A DNA stretch of 64,000 nt from Octopus sinensis (taxonomy: Eukaryota): contig NC_043005.1 of the NCBI RefSeq assembly GCF_006345805.1, positions 51,398,001 through 51,462,000 on the forward strand, given 5' to 3'. Shown here piece after piece: positions 62,084-64,000 of the stretch. Below the pieces are notes generated by a model that saw only the letters and a program-made list of their open reading frames with translations, was not told where the DNA came from and searched no databases. The position numbers were made by a program, and so were the translations under genes. Position 1 is the first letter of the stretch. Every line of letters begins with the position of its first letter.

Positions 62084-63103
62084 TAGTTTAATCGCCGGAA
62101 AGGTGAAACTAAATTGTACCGAAACTGACGACAGTGAAATCCCAGAGTTACGTGGATAGACCTGCAGCGAAACTTACGCTTCAAACCCCCCTTTTTTTAA
62201 TTAATCAGGCTAGCCCATGAGTGCACCAAGTTTGTTTCGCATGTACAGTCTATTTATCGACTAATTGACTTGCAGGAAATCACGATACAAAGTCAGAACA
62301 TCATTTCGAGATTCGCGAGATTCGCAGTTGGGTAAAAAAAAGAAAAAGAAAAATCTTTGAAAAAATTGAGAGCTAAAAGATAACACATACTTCACCTCAT
62401 ACCATAAGCCAGACCAAGACAGAGCTTTACCAAAATTCAGTGGACTAACATCTCTTTATCTGTCGCTTCAAGATAACTAATGGCTAAGGAGATATAGTTA
62501 AAGACACGTTATTCCACTTCATTGCCATAAGCAAACCAGAAATGTGAGTAAATTCGGTTAAACTCTCATCTCAGTTTCCATTCAAAACCAATTCGTTGGG
62601 TTAATATATGTAATTTAATCGCCGAAAAAGTGAAAGTGAATTGCGCCGAAAGTGATGACAGTGAAATCCCATAGTTACATGAACAGACCTGTAGTAACAC
62701 TTATGATTCAAACCCCTTTCTCCGAGTTATTAGGCTAACCCATGAGTAAGCCATTAATGACTAGAATTTAGGCACTGTGAAAGTTGATCCTTATATCTTC
62801 TACTTGTTTTAGTCATTAGACCTCGGCCATGCTGGGGCACCGCCTTCAAGAATTTTAGTCGAATGAATCGACCCCAGAACTTTTTTTTTTTTTTGTTTTG
62901 TTTATGGAAAGCTTGATACTTATTCTATCGGCTTCTTTTGACGAACAGTAAAGTTACAGGGACGTAAACACACCATATATATACATTGGCCTGCTCGCTT
63001 AGCTAGCGTGGTGGCATCATTTGAAGGCTAAAACAATACGAAGCGCATTGTGACCAGCGATGTGTAGCAACATCTTATTGCCTAGTCGGTCACGGTGATC
63101 ACG

Positions 63104-63151
<48 letters not shown>

Positions 63152-63574
63152 TCCATACACATACGCATTTTATTTAACACACACACACACACACAACGGG
63201 TTCTTTCAGTTTCGGTCTACCAAATCCCCTTCACAAGGTTTTGGTCGGATCGGTTTGAAGCTATAGTAGAAGACACTTGCTCAAAGACTAACCTGGAACC
63301 ATGTGGTTGGGAAGCAAACTTCTTTATTACATTTAATTGGCCACAAGGGCCTTACACAGAAAGGAAGCTGCGGGCTGGACACACACACATAATGATATGA
63401 ATGACAAATGAAATGATGAAAAATGAAGGCAACTGCAACTCCCGCCGATTGCTGTATACCCGAGCACATTGTTCTTTTATATAACATTTTGAGGCAATAA
63501 AACTCTTACAAAAACAAGTTTAAAAAGGCAATATACCTTCTTACATTGACTAGATACGAAGCCACTTTGAGGCA

Positions 63575-63820
63575 ATGAACCACTTACTCAAGTCCATTTA
63601 GCTATCAAAACTACAATCTTCTTGCCCGACCAAACTTCTCGCCTCAGAAAAACACCTGGGCCAATTTAACACAAATCTATAGGTATCCTTAGGGAAGGAA
63701 TCCATTATCCTGAACAGGTCGGTCTCTCTCATGACCTTCGCAGCCACCTGCAAAGGCCAGTCAGGGTCCTCCGTACAGGACAGGACCCCCTCCCTTCGGT
63801 CCTTCGTTTTGAGCTTGCCA
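63575..63820 (-). mobile_element. Possible L1/Tx1-like LINE 3' remnant
   Basis: A ~72-codon stop-free stretch (KLKTKDRREGVLSCTEDPDWPLQVAAKVMRE...) of higher GC content. The resemblance to Tx1 C-termini is recalled, not verified. Confidence 0.3.
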
Positions 63821-64000
63821 ACACACAGCCACGCCTGCGTCGTCTGGAATGTTTGTCTTAGTCATAAACATTAAAAATACTGAATATGAACGTAACGCTA
63901 CGATCTGTATATGTTATGCACTGTCCAATAGATGACTGACTTTAATCTATTTTATTTCCTTGTCTTAAAAAGTTGAATAAAAAGTTTTTCCTTTCACATA

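Noticed and set aside
62121-62140. CTGACGA-CAGT-GAAA as a hammerhead
   Set aside because: Four nucleotides cannot form stem II, and no stem I or III pairing was found.

Overview
AT-rich, microsatellite-saturated eukaryotic DNA made almost entirely of repeats. The tRNA-headed SINE families, TA/TG/CATA microsatellite load and element mix point to an octopod cephalopod (Octopus-like); this is inferred from recalled repeat families, not from a database search. No host protein-coding exon can be called with confidence, and nearly all ORFs in the supplied track are microsatellite or SINE read-throughs. Recognisable content: (i) dozens of copies of at least five tRNA-derived SINE families; (ii) three CR1-clade LINE 3' fragments, a CRE-like restriction-endonuclease fragment and Penelope-like (PLE) GIY-YIG remnants; (iii) decayed Tc1, mariner and hAT transposases; (iv) four short non-autonomous Helitrons; (v) GG-terminal TIR elements with 8-bp target-site duplications (TSDs), three of them carrying TTAGGG-like arrays; (vi) a tRNA-Val(CAC)-derived sequence with a 2-nt deletion. 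The most notable signal is a set of about 11 type I hammerhead ribozyme (HHR) motifs of the minimal PLE type. They include a tRNA-headed SINE-like element whose tail carries a hammerhead (26886-28030), a structurally complete hammerhead inside a ~477-bp tandem unit (38251-38905) and a ~155-bp palindrome made of two inverted hammerheads (57358-57512). SINE boundaries are approximate. Ribozyme activity is predicted from hand-folding only.
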